From the NCBI GenBank assembly GCA_043228905.1, contig JBHGNT010000006.1, forward strand, positions 5,890,001-5,954,000: a stretch of DNA of 64,000 nt. Direction: 5' to 3'. The stretch comes from Azolla caroliniana (Eukaryota; Plantae; Polypodiophyta). Below, in pieces: positions 50,350 to 63,547 of the stretch (its first letter is position 1; the number at the start of each line of letters is the position of its first letter). The translations under genes were made by a program, and so were the position numbers. Under the pieces are notes generated by a model that saw only the letters and a list, made by a program, of their open reading frames with translations, ran no database searches and was not told the DNA's origin.

Positions 50350-51300
50350 AACTTGCCTTCATCGAAATCATGAAGTTCATCCACCATTTTCTCACTATAT
50401 GATTAGACACAATAAAAGAATAATATTGCAAGACAAACTCCTTTCCTGGTCTAGAAGGTGTAGTTATACGTGGCTCATGTATTTACTTAAGATCACTTCT
50501 ATGCTTAAGGAGCAAGCACAAATTTATATGTTCATAGAGGGCGGGCTTGGTGTGTCCAACTTGGAGAATCTGTATTAGGTTGGAGTGTGTGGTACATTAA
50601 CAATGTGAAAACATTGTTGGATGGTTGTGAATGCATCAAATTGCATGGTGAGATGCTCCCAATCCTCTATCTCATGATCAATTTACAGAGTTCAAGTGCA
50701 ATTTTCTCTAACTAGTCCCATTGATATTAGTGCTTCAAATGCCACCTACATACAACAAGTCTTAACTTGTCTAACAAGGCATATTCTATTGGAAAAAGTA
50801 CTCAAACAACATTACAATGGCCGACAACTACAACGAGTTGAGACTAGTCAAGTTGCTTCCTATAAAAAATGCTTCGTTTGGTTCGTCTTTTGGTAACGAA
50901 AACCATTACATACAACTCCATCGCGCAAGATGACTAAGCAACGATTGGTGTTGTGCAACTCCAAGGAAAAAGGCTTGCAGGTAGCCCCATGGCCATGGCA
51001 ATCTATTTCCGGGCTTCCATTCTACTGAAGGAAATTATGATTGATTTGGAAAAACCGATAAGTTACGTGGTTGTCGAAGGATGGAGGAGATGGCCAAACT
51101 AATGAGGCTCATGGTGGCATGAAGACTAATGGGTTCGAATACTGGCGTAGAAGAGATGGAATTTGCGATGAGTCTTCGGGGACTCATGACCGAGACTAGC
51201 GAAGTATGTTAAAAACCCAAGTGTATGTAATGTTGTAGTTTTAGTGTAGTGTTAAGTTCTAGACTTCTAAATTCTAATGCATCTGTTGTTGGTGTATGTG
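50350..51300 (+). mobile_element. Highly degenerate Ty3/Gypsy-like remnant
   Basis: LQVAPWPWQSIS resembles integrase P..PW.SISMD. A possible PPT/LTR start lies near 51190-51210. Confidence 0.3.
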
Positions 51301-54299
51301 TAGTCATATACATACATATATGATATATGTAGTGCAGAAAATAAATATCTGTCGCAGAAAGGGCTTGAAATTCTTGAAGGCACCAAACAACTGCTCCTCC
51401 CAGAGGCCGGAAAAAAAAACCAGAGGTGTTGCCTCCTTTTTCCAGAACAAGCGTAAGCATCTTCTGACCTTGCATCGAGCTCTCCCTGCCTTCGATTATT
51501 TCAGCGTGGATAGCGATCTTTGTGCTCTTTGTCTCCAGTCTCCTTTGCTTCACTCGAAACACGGGTCTGCATCTTCCCGGAGACGGAGAAGGTTGTGAAG
51601 GTATGTCTTTCTTTATTTTTTGATTGATACGTACTGAAATGGATGATTTTTGGTTAAGCAATCCATATAGTGGCAATTTGCTGCTGCTGGTGCACTGGTA
51701 GTGGTGATGACGACGATATTTTGACACCCGTCACGGGAGCAAGATGCCACGAGAGATCTTACTGTTTGATAGACGTCGATAATGATTATGGTGGGGTTGA
51801 TGGTGATGACGACAATGACAGTGATACTGTATGATACAGTATGATATGGTATGATGCCATACCATATGGTTCAATTTGATACCAGATAATGGTGATCATT
51901 CACAAGGTGCAAAAAATGATCAATAGGCCAATAGGAGAATTTGTATCAATATAATACGTAATTGATGACGGTAGGAGAAATCATATATTGGATTGGAAGA
52001 AAAAATCAATGATAATGATATTGATCTTGATTTTGATGATGGTGATGATCCACGAGTACCAAAAAACGATCAATGAACCAAAATGTGAACTTGTACAATA
52101 TACACCTTGATTGAAGATGATGGTGGCTAAAAAATGATGGTTCGTATTAGAATGGAAACTTATGATAATGATCGAACCAAAAAGAGAACTTCACATTTTA
52201 CTGCTTCTCAGTAAATAATGGTGTTGATTACGATGTTCCTTAATGAGCGACGATGAATTTGGGAATCCAAAATAATCAGTGAACAAAAATAAGAACTGCT
52301 GAAGCCAATATCTTAATTCAATACCATGGGAACCTTTTCCTCCCAAGCTGGATCCGTTATCTGCACCGAACTAATTAAAAGGCAATTACAAAGAACTACA
52401 AGAGGCGTGTAGATGAGATACCATTGTAAGAGTCATATCCCCATATGTAAGTTGCTTCCCCACCACCAGCAAATATTGCCACATAATGTGATGTTTGTTG
52501 ATGATTCTTCATAGAGGGAGAATCAGCTGATTTGAGATTCTTTATCACAAACTTGATTGGCATCCTCTTCATGGGATTCATCTGTAGTAGAGATCTCCCA
52601 GCATGAGCCTGTGACCTTCACGATTGTCTTGATGTGGACAATAACCTACGGGCTACAATTAAGAAAAATGAAAGATGGATTTTGCCCATTCAACTAGTCC
52701 CATTAATTGGTTTTTTTCTGAATCCACCATATTACATCAGATAATTTCTCCAATCTGGTTTCATTCATACGCCTTGGTTTTAATCTCTGCACTTCAGGTT
52801 GAATGCTCTGTGGAGGTGTCTCCCTCTTCCTACAAAAAATGTTTTGAGATATACTTGCCTCAGAGTTCTTACAGAAAAATGAACTACACTAATATTAGAC
52901 TAGATTAAAGCCGGTCTCAGATGAATGTATACATCCATTGACACTCAAACTTGTTGACCACTGTCATCACCATCATATTTCTCCCTTCAGACTCCGCCAA
53001 CTTGTCGAAGTCGCACCAAGTCACCCTCTTCACTTCGTCAAGGATGAATTCCTTGAGCAACACCAACTCAACTTATACCAAAGTACTTCGGGCAGTATTC
53101 AACTCTGTCATCTAGGATTATAGAGTTGGTTACATCATACATTCAAAGCAAGTGACCTTGCTCTCTTCTGGAGTACCTTTTCATCATTTCCTTGTTCAAA
53201 GCCTTTCATTGTGTTTCCTTGTTGCACATCTTGAGGAGCTCGGTGACGTTCCATCCTTCAAAATTTCCAACCCTCTTGACGACCATCATGGGCATGTAGT
53301 TGAGAAAGAACCAGTAGGGTCCTGAACTTGGAGTGGTGTAAGCTTTACAAAGAAATGCTCGGGGATAGGTCTGTGAATGCATGTATAACGAGGTAAAGGT
53401 CTATGTGACATCCATGTGACCTCAAAATGCTCGAGGTGAGTAGATTTTGTGCAGACTATATGGAAGTCACACAAAATACTGACCATGATCGCAAGATAGT
53501 AGATTTAATAGGAAGTAGTGAGAAGAATATATAGATGAACCAAGTCAATAACTAAAAGAAGGGGAAAAACTGATTATGGGGTTAAACGCAAGTTTTCCCC
53601 TTTCTGCTAGGTGACTGAAACTGAAGGTGCAAGTATTACTCTTCATACTAGCTATTTCAAGAAATTGCTTTCTGGGTGAGAGTAAAGACATGGGTCTAAC
53701 CTAGCTCAGCATAAAGGAGACAAAGAGTATAGTGCAGATTACAGAGGTAGAGAGATCAAGTTTAATTATGGCTGGAGAGATGTATATGTCAACCTCGTGA
53801 ACTCTCTCATAGGTCCTATATCTAATGACGTCGATATTAGCCTCCCTAAGTCGACGGCAAGGTCATGCATGATGATACTCTGAATTGTCCAAAGTAAGCA
53901 ACTTTGTCTCTCAGGATGTTGCTACCCGTGAATGCCTGGAACATCCAACTGGAGTTCTCTATAAAGTTTTGTGGCAAATGACGTGTTTATCGTTGGGGAC
54001 TCTTGAGTACTGCTTGAGTAGGAACATGGAACTGGATCCTCCTAAGTAGTTAATATGTAGAAGTCTACAATGTTTCATTGCTTGTGTGTGTCTAGAAAGA
54101 GAGATGATGATGATATGTTCATGTTCATGTGGGCCCAACATGACCAATGGGACCACAAGAAGAAAGAAAGGTATTAACATCTACTAGAAGCTGAAATTGT
54201 CCTGTGACACAAATCATGATTTTAAATATATATAGATTCAAGTTATTCATACTAAATCAAAATTGAAGCTGTCGTTTTCTGAGAGATCCATGATAATGA

Positions 54300-54850
54300 T
54301 CTTAATGCATGTTATGGAATGATTCTTGAGGTGGTTCACAAGCATGAAGTGTATAATTGAATGTATGGGATGAGTAATTGGAGGGTGGACAGCATCCAAG
54401 GTTGGTTATGCGGTGGAGGGAGTCTATGATGAAGTTCATCAAGTGCATGTGGTGTCCCCGGGCAGATCAGACAAGGCAAGCAATGATTCGCAACGCTGGT
54501 ATGGCCCATGTGCCAAGGATCTTTGTAATTGCAGTCTCCGTTGTTAGCAGCATTCCTCACCTCACATTGCGATGACACCTGAGCACATTGTTAGTTGAGG
54601 TGTGGGCCTATGGAAGAAGTTACTGATGTGTGATTCCATTGCGTTTTGTGTGGTAATATAAGGGTTGATTCCCGATGCTTTTGAAGCTTGAGCAAGCTTT
54701 GGCCAAAGTGTCATTAATCAGTTTTCTCCATTATCTCTTGAATGGTGGTGAAGTTGTTTGGAGAGAGAGATGTATTGCAGATGGTTGTTGCTCGGTTGGT
54801 AATGTTTACCAGAAGCGACCAGCAGAAGGTCATGCATTCAAATTCCACAT
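54300..54850 (-). mobile_element. Possible degenerate non-LTR retrotransposon fragment
   Basis: Weak resemblance to the GGLG.R.AA..A.AAFL region of restriction-like-endonuclease LINEs, heavily decayed. Confidence 0.2.
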
Positions 54851-54992
54851 TCTACAGTGGCATCTAATGATGTAGTGCATATAGTAGTGATAGAGAGAGA
54901 ATTCTCTTTCATATGCATTATAAATTCTGCCCTTTAAGAAAAGTTCATTTGACATCTTTTTTGGGACGTTCTATTTTGCAACCAGTGACATA

Positions 54993-55169
54993 ATGGAGGC
55001 TAAGCTAACTGTGGCATTGAGGGCAATTGCAGCTGGTGCAGTCGCAATATTTGCCAAAGGAGCTGCTGTGATAAAAGCTACAGGAGGTGCAAAGGTTGGG
55101 ATGGCAACCGCAGCTATGACTGCAGCCACAACTGCAGCAGTTGCAGGATCAAAAACAGAACATAAATAA
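54993..55169 (+). CDS. 58-aa Ala/Gly-rich small protein of unknown function
   Basis: MEAKLTVALRAIAAGAVAIFAKGAAVIKATGGAKVGMATAAMTAATTAAVAGSKTEHK*. Preceded by acceptor ttttgcaaccag at 54985. A candidate first exon ends at donor AAG|GTATGT at 51600. Confidence 0.7.
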   Translation: MEAKLTVALRAIAAGAVAIFAKGAAVIKATGGAKVGMATAAMTAATTAAVAGSKTEHK

Positions 55170-56973
55170 TAAACACAATGCAAGGTGAATTTTATACCTG
55201 GATAGGCTTATAATGAAAAAGCTAACATAAAACAAACAGAAAAAGGTATTGCCTCCCTTTTTCGCTTCTTTGTATTTGGAACTTTACTCTGAATTGAGAA
55301 GTCTCTTCATTTTGGCCCTGTTGTTGATTCCATTGAGGTTGGGTGAAATCTTGAAAGATACTTGGATTGGAAGTTTCTTAAATGTGCTTTATCTTCTTGA
55401 TTCTTTGTTTATTCCATTGAAGCTTTGTGAAATATGGGGAAAAAAATAAAAAACTATATTTAAATTGCAGTTCTGATTCATGTCCATTGATAGAGCAATT
55501 ATCTTCAGCTAATCACCTGACTTAACGAAGGAGAGAATGGGGAAGATGTAATCAATAGGGGAGGAAGCTTATTAGAAGATCATGGATATTACATGGGGAT
55601 CAATAGCTTCTATCATCCATGTTTACAAAGCAATGGTCCTATCTTTGGCCCAATGAACTTCATTTACATGCACTTAGGAGGCTATAGAAATTTAAGATGA
55701 GTGCTAGAACTAGTTCTAGTCATGAATGAACTTACAATGCTGAAAAGAATCATGCTAGATCCATGCTTCAAAGTCTTGATTTTTGGAACACCTTAGGAAG
55801 GTTTTATGAAGGGTATTGTTTAACACAAGCAAAAAAATATTGAATAATTTAGGGATGTAAAGAAATCTTGTGTCCTTGTATACTTATATATTAGACATTT
55901 CTCCACCCTTTCATATCTACAAGTATCATTTCAATCGAATGCATTCTTTGAAGAAGAAGCGATAAAATGCCTTCTTTCACTAAACAATAATTTTGTTTTC
56001 TCATCCATGTATGATTAGTAGATGTAATCTTTTTTGAAACAAAGCTAATGTGATTAGACAAGGAAATCAATTGTAAAAGAAGAAGAAAATATGTATCATA
56101 TCGATGAAGTGTATATAACAAGGCAAACATATCATGAAGTATTGCAAGAGTAAGATATGAAATTTCCTTTAAGCGCTATGATAAAAAAGGCTATAATTTG
56201 AATCATAGATTCATTATATAAAAGTTTTGCAAGCCTTTCAGATAATTGTCTACACTATTGTTGGTGAGCCTTCTCTCCCCAAACCAGAATGATTACCCAT
56301 CGAATGAATTTATATTCATCTCTAAATGTCAAGCAATGTTTCCTTCCCCACCATCTTTGTAGTCATCACCTGTAATTTGTGCAAGTGTGTCTACACCCCT
56401 GGAGGAAACAATTCTTGGAGCAACCCTCCTAGGTTCCAAACCTAAGAGCACACTATCCCATATCTGCATTCAATTGTATACATTTTGTAAAGAGTTGTGG
56501 GATAGCCACTAAAGATATCCTCCTGATCTCATCTTTAAAAAGGAGAAAAGAAAATTACTATGTCTTTACATAATTAAGTGTTGAATGCTTGTCAAATTCG
56601 TCTTGTAAAACATTTTTTCACGTTTACAAATTTGTTTCACACACACTAAATATGCCATGCATGAAGCTTTAGATTACAATACACTTTTCCATAAAAAATA
56701 TGAGTAGATGTATAACTTATGACATTACATGTCAAAATTTATTTGTCGTCTAATTGCATATAAAAACAATACATCTATCATGAATCCTCTCGTCGTAAAC
56801 GGCTGATGATTATTGCAAGTTCTAAAGACAACATTAGTATAACAACAATGAAGCATGGAACAAAACCACCTCCATGGCCACTATCAAAGGCTAAGTATTG
56901 AGAAGCAGAGATGATAGAACTCCTGAGAGAATGTTTGTGAACAGGAGCAGAAAACAAAAGTTATTCACCTCTG

Positions 56974-57480
56974 AAGCAAAGAAACTGTATTTCAGGGGAA
57001 CAATTATCCAGAAGGGAACTCACAATAAGATTAAGGTAAACAAAATAAAAAAAGGCAGGAAGAATGAGAAATAAATAAGCTTGCGTACCACAATAAGGCA
57101 TGATGGAGGGATCATCATTCAAAATAAAAGTTACTTGCGCATGAATCAAAGAAACCTCATTTCTGGGGAACAACTTCCTGAAGGGAACTCACAATTAGAT
57201 TCAAGTTTTTCACACTAAAATAACAAAAGAAAGCAGCAGGAACAAACAATAAATAAGCTTGTGTGCCACAGCAAGGCATGATGGGGGTATTATCATTCAA
57301 AAAAATAGAAGTTTTTCACCCATGAAGCAAAGAAACCGCATTTCTGGGGAACAACTTCCCGAAGGGAACTCACAATTAGATTCAAGTACACTAAATAACA
57401 AAAGAAGGTAGGAGGAACAAGATATAAATAAGCTTGTGTACCACAACGAGGCATGATGGTGGGATAACCATTCAAGGATC
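56974..57480. repeat. Three ~170-180-bp tandem units
   Basis: caaagaaac...tttc.ggggaacaa...gaagggaactcacaat.agatt...aaataagcttg.gt.ccaca..aggcatgatgg occurs three times. Confidence 0.9.
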
Positions 57481-57885
57481 AACATGTATTTCAAAGCAAG
57501 AAAAAGCAATTAATATGCTTGCACCTATGACCATGCTGAAGGGCTACCCATTCTAATATTTTGAACCATTCAAGAACAAACATATTTCCAAATCAAGAGG
57601 AATAATTGACTAACAAGCTTGTGAACAAGTCACCACAAAGTATGCATTTGAAATTGCTCTTTCACATAAACCATTCAGGTTTGAACCTAAACCGTAAAAC
57701 ATGAACCCTGGGAGCAACATATTTTCAAAACAACAATGACAGATGGATTTATTTGCCCATCATCTCAGTTAGTGTGAAATTTGCTTCTGTGTCTTTAATC
57801 TCGCATATAATAAAGGAGCTTTCCATAAAAGTAATATAAGAAAAATCCTTCTCTATTAGAGTTGGTTAAATTTCAATATGATCAT

Positions 57886-58944
57886 TCAGAGGGCACCGAG
57901 AAGGGTTTTATAAATCTTGATATCCATGCTATAACCCAATTGGTTCATCTCCTCAATAAGCTTTGAAGCCCTCTGTAGTTGCTTACAATGGCACAAACAT
58001 TCCACAAGAGCACCAAATGTGGCTTTTTCTGGAACAATATCATGTTCTTTCATATATACAAACAATTCGAAAGCTCGTTCATGTTTACCAGATTGGCTAG
58101 TTGCAACTGTAAAAGCATTACAAACTTCAGCATTGGGAACCTGCCCTAATCTCATGATCCGACCAAAAATTTCATCCGCTTCATTGCAATTTCTAACTCC
58201 TCCTGCCCTAGATAATCCGTAAATAAGCTTTTCAATGCAAACAGAAGGTGGATTCACATGCCACTTCTTCATCTCCACATAAACATCATAAACCATGTCA
58301 TACCTATGTTCTTTTATGATGGAAAAGAGGAAGCAATTCACCAAGAATGCATTCCTGAAACCTTGAGAATCCACAAGAACCTTATAAGATCGATCCAACA
58401 TGCCTGCCCAACCATATCCTTGGATCAAGACATTGATCTTTGACGGCGAGAGACAATATTGAGGCCTTCTTAGAGACCTGAGAATGTTCAAAAAGACAAG
58501 TGTTTGAGATTTGCGAGCATACCATCGTAAGATGTCGAAATTCGAAGGAGAAGAAGGATGTGGAAAACCAATTTGTTCACCAGACCATATGAAGAACTGA
58601 AGTGCAAGGCGAGGGCTCGGTATACATCCCATGACTTGGTCTACAATGTTATGAGTGAGGATGGCTCCACAAGTAGAGAGCTCTCTCTCTAAGGAAGAAT
58701 CCCAATCACGAAGGTGCATGATGTAGAGAAGAGTTCGAGAATGGCGATGGATGAAGCGAGACCGATAGGGCCTAATCATAGAGAAGCTCCTTGTTGTCAT
58801 CGTCATTACTTTGTTTCTTGTTGCAATGTCTTTTCTTTGCCATTGCCATGGCGAACAAGAAGAGGAGAAGCAGTTAGTTGTTGTCGACGAAGATGGAAGT
58901 ACAGAGTGGTTTCTGCAGAAGCGTAGAAGAAGGGAGCTCGCCAT
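57886..58944 (-). CDS. P-class PPR protein, single exon, probable organellar transit peptide
   Basis: 352-aa ORF with an S/T/R-rich N-terminus, an SPRLALQFFIWSGEQIGF motif and ~35-aa repeats (INVLIQGYGWAG, IEKLIYGLSRAG, PNAEVCNAF, PEKATFGALVECLC, DIKIYKTLL). Confidence 0.9.
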   Translation of the reverse strand: MASSLLLRFCRNHSVLPSSSTTTNCFSSSCSPWQWQRKDIATRNKVMTMTTRSFSMIRPYRSRFIHRHSRTLLYIMHLRDWDSSLERELSTCGAILTHNIVDQVMGCIPSPRLALQFFIWSGEQIGFPHPSSPSNFDILRWYARKSQTLVFLNILRSLRRPQYCLSPSKINVLIQGYGWAGMLDRSYKVLVDSQGFRNAFLVNCFLFSIIKEHRYDMVYDVYVEMKKWHVNPPSVCIEKLIYGLSRAGGVRNCNEADEIFGRIMRLGQVPNAEVCNAFTVATSQSGKHERAFELFVYMKEHDIVPEKATFGALVECLCHCKQLQRASKLIEEMNQLGYSMDIKIYKTLLGAL

Positions 58945-59089
58945 TCATCCATGGCTCGCGCCATTCATCTCTCTAAATTCACTGCTATTTCATTCATGGT
59001 GTTTGGCGAAAACCCTCCGGAGCTTTAGAAAGGTTTAGATATGTCCGGAGTGTCATTTTGTGGCAACAATTGGGACTTGAGCCTCGGTG

Positions 59090-59635
59090 CATTGGTCATT
59101 TGGTAACTAACCATTGAGATTTGAACCTTCACGCATAGCTTATGTACTGATCCATGCAATGAATGTTTCGTGATGGATCTCCAATGTCAGTTCAATAGAA
59201 TGTTTCGTGATGGGTTTCCAATGTCATTTCAATAGAATGTTTCGTGATGGGTTTCCAATGCAATGACTATTTGGTAATGTATCAATCCATGCATAGGTTA
59301 CGTATCCATCCATGCAATGATTGGTGACGTATCCATCCATGCATAGGCTATGTATCGATCCATGTAATGATTGGTGACGTATCCATCCATGCATAGGCTA
59401 TGTATCGATCCATGCAACGATTGGTGATGTATCCATCTATGCATAGGTTATGTATCAATCCATGCAACGAATGTTTGATGATGGATTTCCATCCAATGAA
59501 CGTTTGGTGATTAGATTTGAGCCTTGCGCATAGGTCATTTGGTAACTAGCGACATTTGAACCTTCATGCGTAGCTTATTTATTGATCCATACAATGAATG
59601 TTTGGTGATGGGTTTCCAATGCCATTTCAATAGGT
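59090..59635. repeat. Compound tandem repeat array (37-bp and 50-bp units) upstream of the PPR gene
   Basis: gaatgtttcgtgatgggtttccaatgtcatttcaata x3; atccatgcaatgattggtgacgtatccatccatgcataggctatgtatcg x~4. Confidence 0.9.
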
Positions 59636-60199
59636 TTGATGTTCGAACTCAATCTCTCGCAAGTACATAGCTTATATCAATCTTGACAATGTTTGGAAAT
59701 GCAGCTTTGGTGTCATCTTGACAAAGTTTGGGAAATGTCATTCCAGTGTCATTCAGTAACACTTAGTGTCACATTTCTCCGAATTGGAAATTTTGCATAC
59801 GTGTAGATTATATACGGGCTTTGAAATGTGTTTCCAGTGACATTTCAACTAAGTTTTGGAATTTTCTTTTGAATGTCATTTAATGACCTAATGTTATTGT
59901 ACTTAATGAAATTTGAGCCCACATATGTAATTGACAAAAAATATGTCTTAATAGGAATGTGACCTATGGTTTACAAAGACGTTTTAGCACATTGAGAGAG
60001 AATGAAAAGGAAAAGACAAACGGGACATATTTGAGATGAATATGTCAACTCTTTAGGAGACCATGAGGTCGTTATGTTAACATACTTAACATGGTACTTA
60101 GTTTAGTATAAGCTATATATAGTCTTGCAAATAAGAATGGAAGTAATGAAACCATGGTCTAGCTAATTAGCGTGATCACTTATGACTAGAGTAAACATA

Positions 60200-62480
60200 T
60201 TATGAGAAGAAAATGTCATATATCGACCTCTATATTCCATTATAATGTCCCTTGGTAAAGTAGTTCAATTTCGTATCCCAATGCATGCATGAATAAAAGT
60301 ACATGGATAACCAAGTTAAATCCTTATCAATTGATTTGTGTGCTCACTCAAACCTTGTCCCATTGATGATAACTAGAAGAGAGCTCACAAAATATATAAA
60401 CTCATGCAAATGCCTCCAAAACTTCAACATGAATTCTGGCCCATAATAATTTATAACGTCATATAGGAAAACATGATGCTTGAATTGAATGCTCCCAAAT
60501 AACTAGATCAACTGAGATCATGCATAGTTATGTGGGACATTATGATATCATCATTATTATAAAATGTTGTATTGTAAGATGCCTTAGTGTCTAACATAGC
60601 CTCTCAAGCCCTTTCCTTTGAAAAACAATTGTTCTTGCATCCAACTCTCCATCCACGAGAGTACATAAACTCAATTCCATCAAACAATCAATGCAACGAC
60701 TTTATGCTCTCATTGCAACAATGGCGACAAAGCCTCCTCATATGCCCAATTGAATTTTCTTTGATTTTACCTCAAGCTCACAACCTTGCATGACATCCTA
60801 CCCCTCTTGTGCTATGAAGAAATTGGTGTAACAATGCAAGGTCTCTTAGTATACCTTGGTTTCCCACTTCGTCGTGTTATCTCTAGTGTTAGTTAATTGA
60901 TCATGAGTGAACATTGTTTATTGAGTTGTACCACATAAGCAAGAACCTAGCCATGCAACTTTGAAGATTTGTATTGCTTGTGTTATGCATGGACAAGTTT
61001 GACCTCGATCATTTATGCAACATGGTGTTGCTTCTAAGGCCAATGCTCTACTGTGACCAACTCCTCTTTCAACCCCTTTTATGAGCTCGGTGTTTGATAT
61101 AGCTTTGCATATATTGTCGTTTGGTATTGGGATGACATGGTTTTTAGTTTGTTGTGCCTATGGGGTAGGGGGTTGCCAATGAGCAGGTTGTTGACTATTT
61201 GTGTAGTCTTTGTAGCATTGGATGAGGTACGAAGGGGTCTTACTCCCATGTATGTTGATCAACTTTCAACTACTTCATGTTAGTAGTGAGATAGATGGTG
61301 AATGTGAAATGTTATTCTTTGATTATAGTTCTATCTAACATAAGTTTGACAACTTGATAGAAAATCCAAGGTAGTTAATTAGGTGTTGATGTGAATTAAT
61401 CCACCTTTATTGTAGTGTTATTGGGTAAGTACCTGGGGTGTACTTCTCTACGAGACAACAATGCATGTCTGTTGATTGGTGGTAATAGGAGTTCAATGGT
61501 TTTGGGCTATTCGTGTTAAGAGACTCGTTGGTCGAGAACAACAATGGGATGGTATTCATGGGGCCCATGGCAATATCCTAATTTATTGCTAAGAGGGAAT
61601 ATTATGTCTGAAACAACCACCTTGTTTCTAAGGGTGCTCAACAAGGAGGCTAAGGTGTTGGGATTTCTCAAAGGCTCTACTCATATGTATGAGATCCTTC
61701 TTTCACGACAACTTTGTTGGTACCAAGGGTGAAGTGGTGATTGAGATGGTGATGGTATGCTATTGCATTAGTCATGGATTTTCAGGTAGCCCTTTGATGA
61801 GAAACCATTCTTCTGTCCTCCTTTCTACTATCTAGAAGGAAAATAATTGCAAACCAATAGGGAAATGCGATAACACATTGTTTGTTCTGATAGTGTTTAG
61901 CTCTATCGCGATTACTGTCATAGCCTATCGACTCCAATGGATGACCTAGTTGCGCAACGATGATGAGAGGGTGGCTTTGATGCGTCACATATTCAAAAAC
62001 TTGTGGTGCCACAGTTAGAGGTAATACATCTTATTATGTTCCAACGCTACAATATTTTGCTTTCCATCTATTTTATTTGCTTATTGGAGTAATCCTATAC
62101 ATAAAAGGAATGCCATGAGTTGAAATGACCACCTCGAAGAGCATGTCTCATGTTTTATAGGTCGTCAAGGACACCAAGTATGGTTTTTGAAGTATGGAAC
62201 CATCATCTTGGTATCTGGGTTGAGGGATGTGAAGGTTGTCACAGCAGGGTGAGTCCAATTGCTCGGTAAGGGTTTCAGTTGACTCGATTCGTACGTTAAG
62301 GTTCAGGCGCATGTCATCAATGTCTGGGTTTTTACCCAAATCGTCCAAAGTGGGCCAGAAATGGACAGAAAAACGCCATTCCTCATTGCAACAAATAACA
62401 GGTTCAAGGCAAATGGCACGTCCAATGTGTGTGAATGACAGTAACATAATAATGTCATGTGGAGACTGTGAAGGCCTCAC
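60200..62480 (-). mobile_element. Degenerate Ty3/Gypsy-like remnant
   Basis: Protease-like TLDDLGK.P...STETL segment at 62250-62370; the rest is decayed with only weak pol-like traces. Confidence 0.3.
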
Positions 62481-62552
62481 TAAAATCACTGCTACGAGCT
62501 AAACCACCACTCTTCCCCGCAGGCAGGAGACACAGAGAAGAAAACAGTGGCG

Positions 62553-62616
62553 ATGGAGGATCAGACGAAGGCGAAGCACAAGGTAGCCTCCAGAGGTGAA
62601 GCTTCCCTCAAACAAA
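62553..62616 (+). CDS. Possible first exon of a gene running out of the window
   Basis: ATG..MEDQTKAKHKVASRGEASLKQ followed by the donor GTAAGC and a CT-rich intron start. No recognisable domain. Confidence 0.25.
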
Positions 62617-62904
62617 GTAAGCTCTCTCCCTCCCTCCCTCTCTCTTCTCTGTATTCATATCATCACCATGGATATTCGGAGGAAACCTAGAGCTTTTATG
62701 TTTCTTTCGTGTCATTATGATAAATAGCTGTAAAACCATCTAAGTAATCGATACCAATTCTTAAGACACCTCGTGCATTAAGACTGTTATCATTACATAT
62801 CTGTAGGGAATTTAGAAAATCAAAAGAGAACGTGAACGTAATAGAAAAAAGCATAAAGAAAAGGAAATAGTAGAAAAAATAAAAAAAGGAAACAATAGAC
62901 AGAG

Positions 62905-62955
<51 letters not shown>

Positions 62956-62958
<3 letters not shown>

Positions 62959-63507
62959 ATGTCTTTTAAGAAGCCAAAATGGCCTATAAGACCAAACAAG
63001 AGATTATATCTTAAGTGTTGTCTTGTCTTTGAGAGCAACAAATCAAAATAAAATAAATATTACTCCGTAAATATAAAAGTAAATAAGATAAAAAAAGACA
63101 AGGGAAACTGGTTTTCGGCACATGTGAGATTCTCTAGCTAGATGTATTGTAACTTTTGTCTTCGAAAGATCTCTAGCATAGGTCGATCCAGAATGGAAAG
63201 GTCTCTGAAGCGAGGGAAGCACCTGCGATGGTGGGATAATGGCCTTTATTTGTCGATGACAAGGGTGTTGAGGTCGTGATCCATGGGGCCGGGGCATACG
63301 TGCACAACAAATTGCTATTGCCCAATCAATTGTAACCACTTTGTTATGTCCTGGTCGGGAGCCCATTTGTGTATCCCTTGATTGACTTGTAGCATTAGTA
63401 GGAGCGATGGGGGTAAAGGAGGTTGTGATTGTTCTTTGTGGATGAGCTTGTGTGGCTGTATTCTTCAACAACTTTTCCCGATGTCTCTTGAGCTCTAGCA
63501 AGAAAAG

Positions 63508-63512
<5 letters not shown>
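62956..63512 (-). mobile_element. 5'-truncated LINE copy between two (GA)n tracts
   Basis: Near-identical to 9865-10430. (GA)n at 62909-62955 and 63514-63544. Confidence 0.85.

Positions 63513-63547
<35 letters not shown>

Noticed and set aside
54971-55183. 70-aa Ala-rich minus-strand ORF
   Set aside because: Antisense of the plus-strand 58-aa ORF, which has an ATG and a splice acceptor.
59270-59470. Regularly spaced repeats as a CRISPR array
   Set aside because: Intervening sequences are themselves repeated; an ordinary minisatellite.
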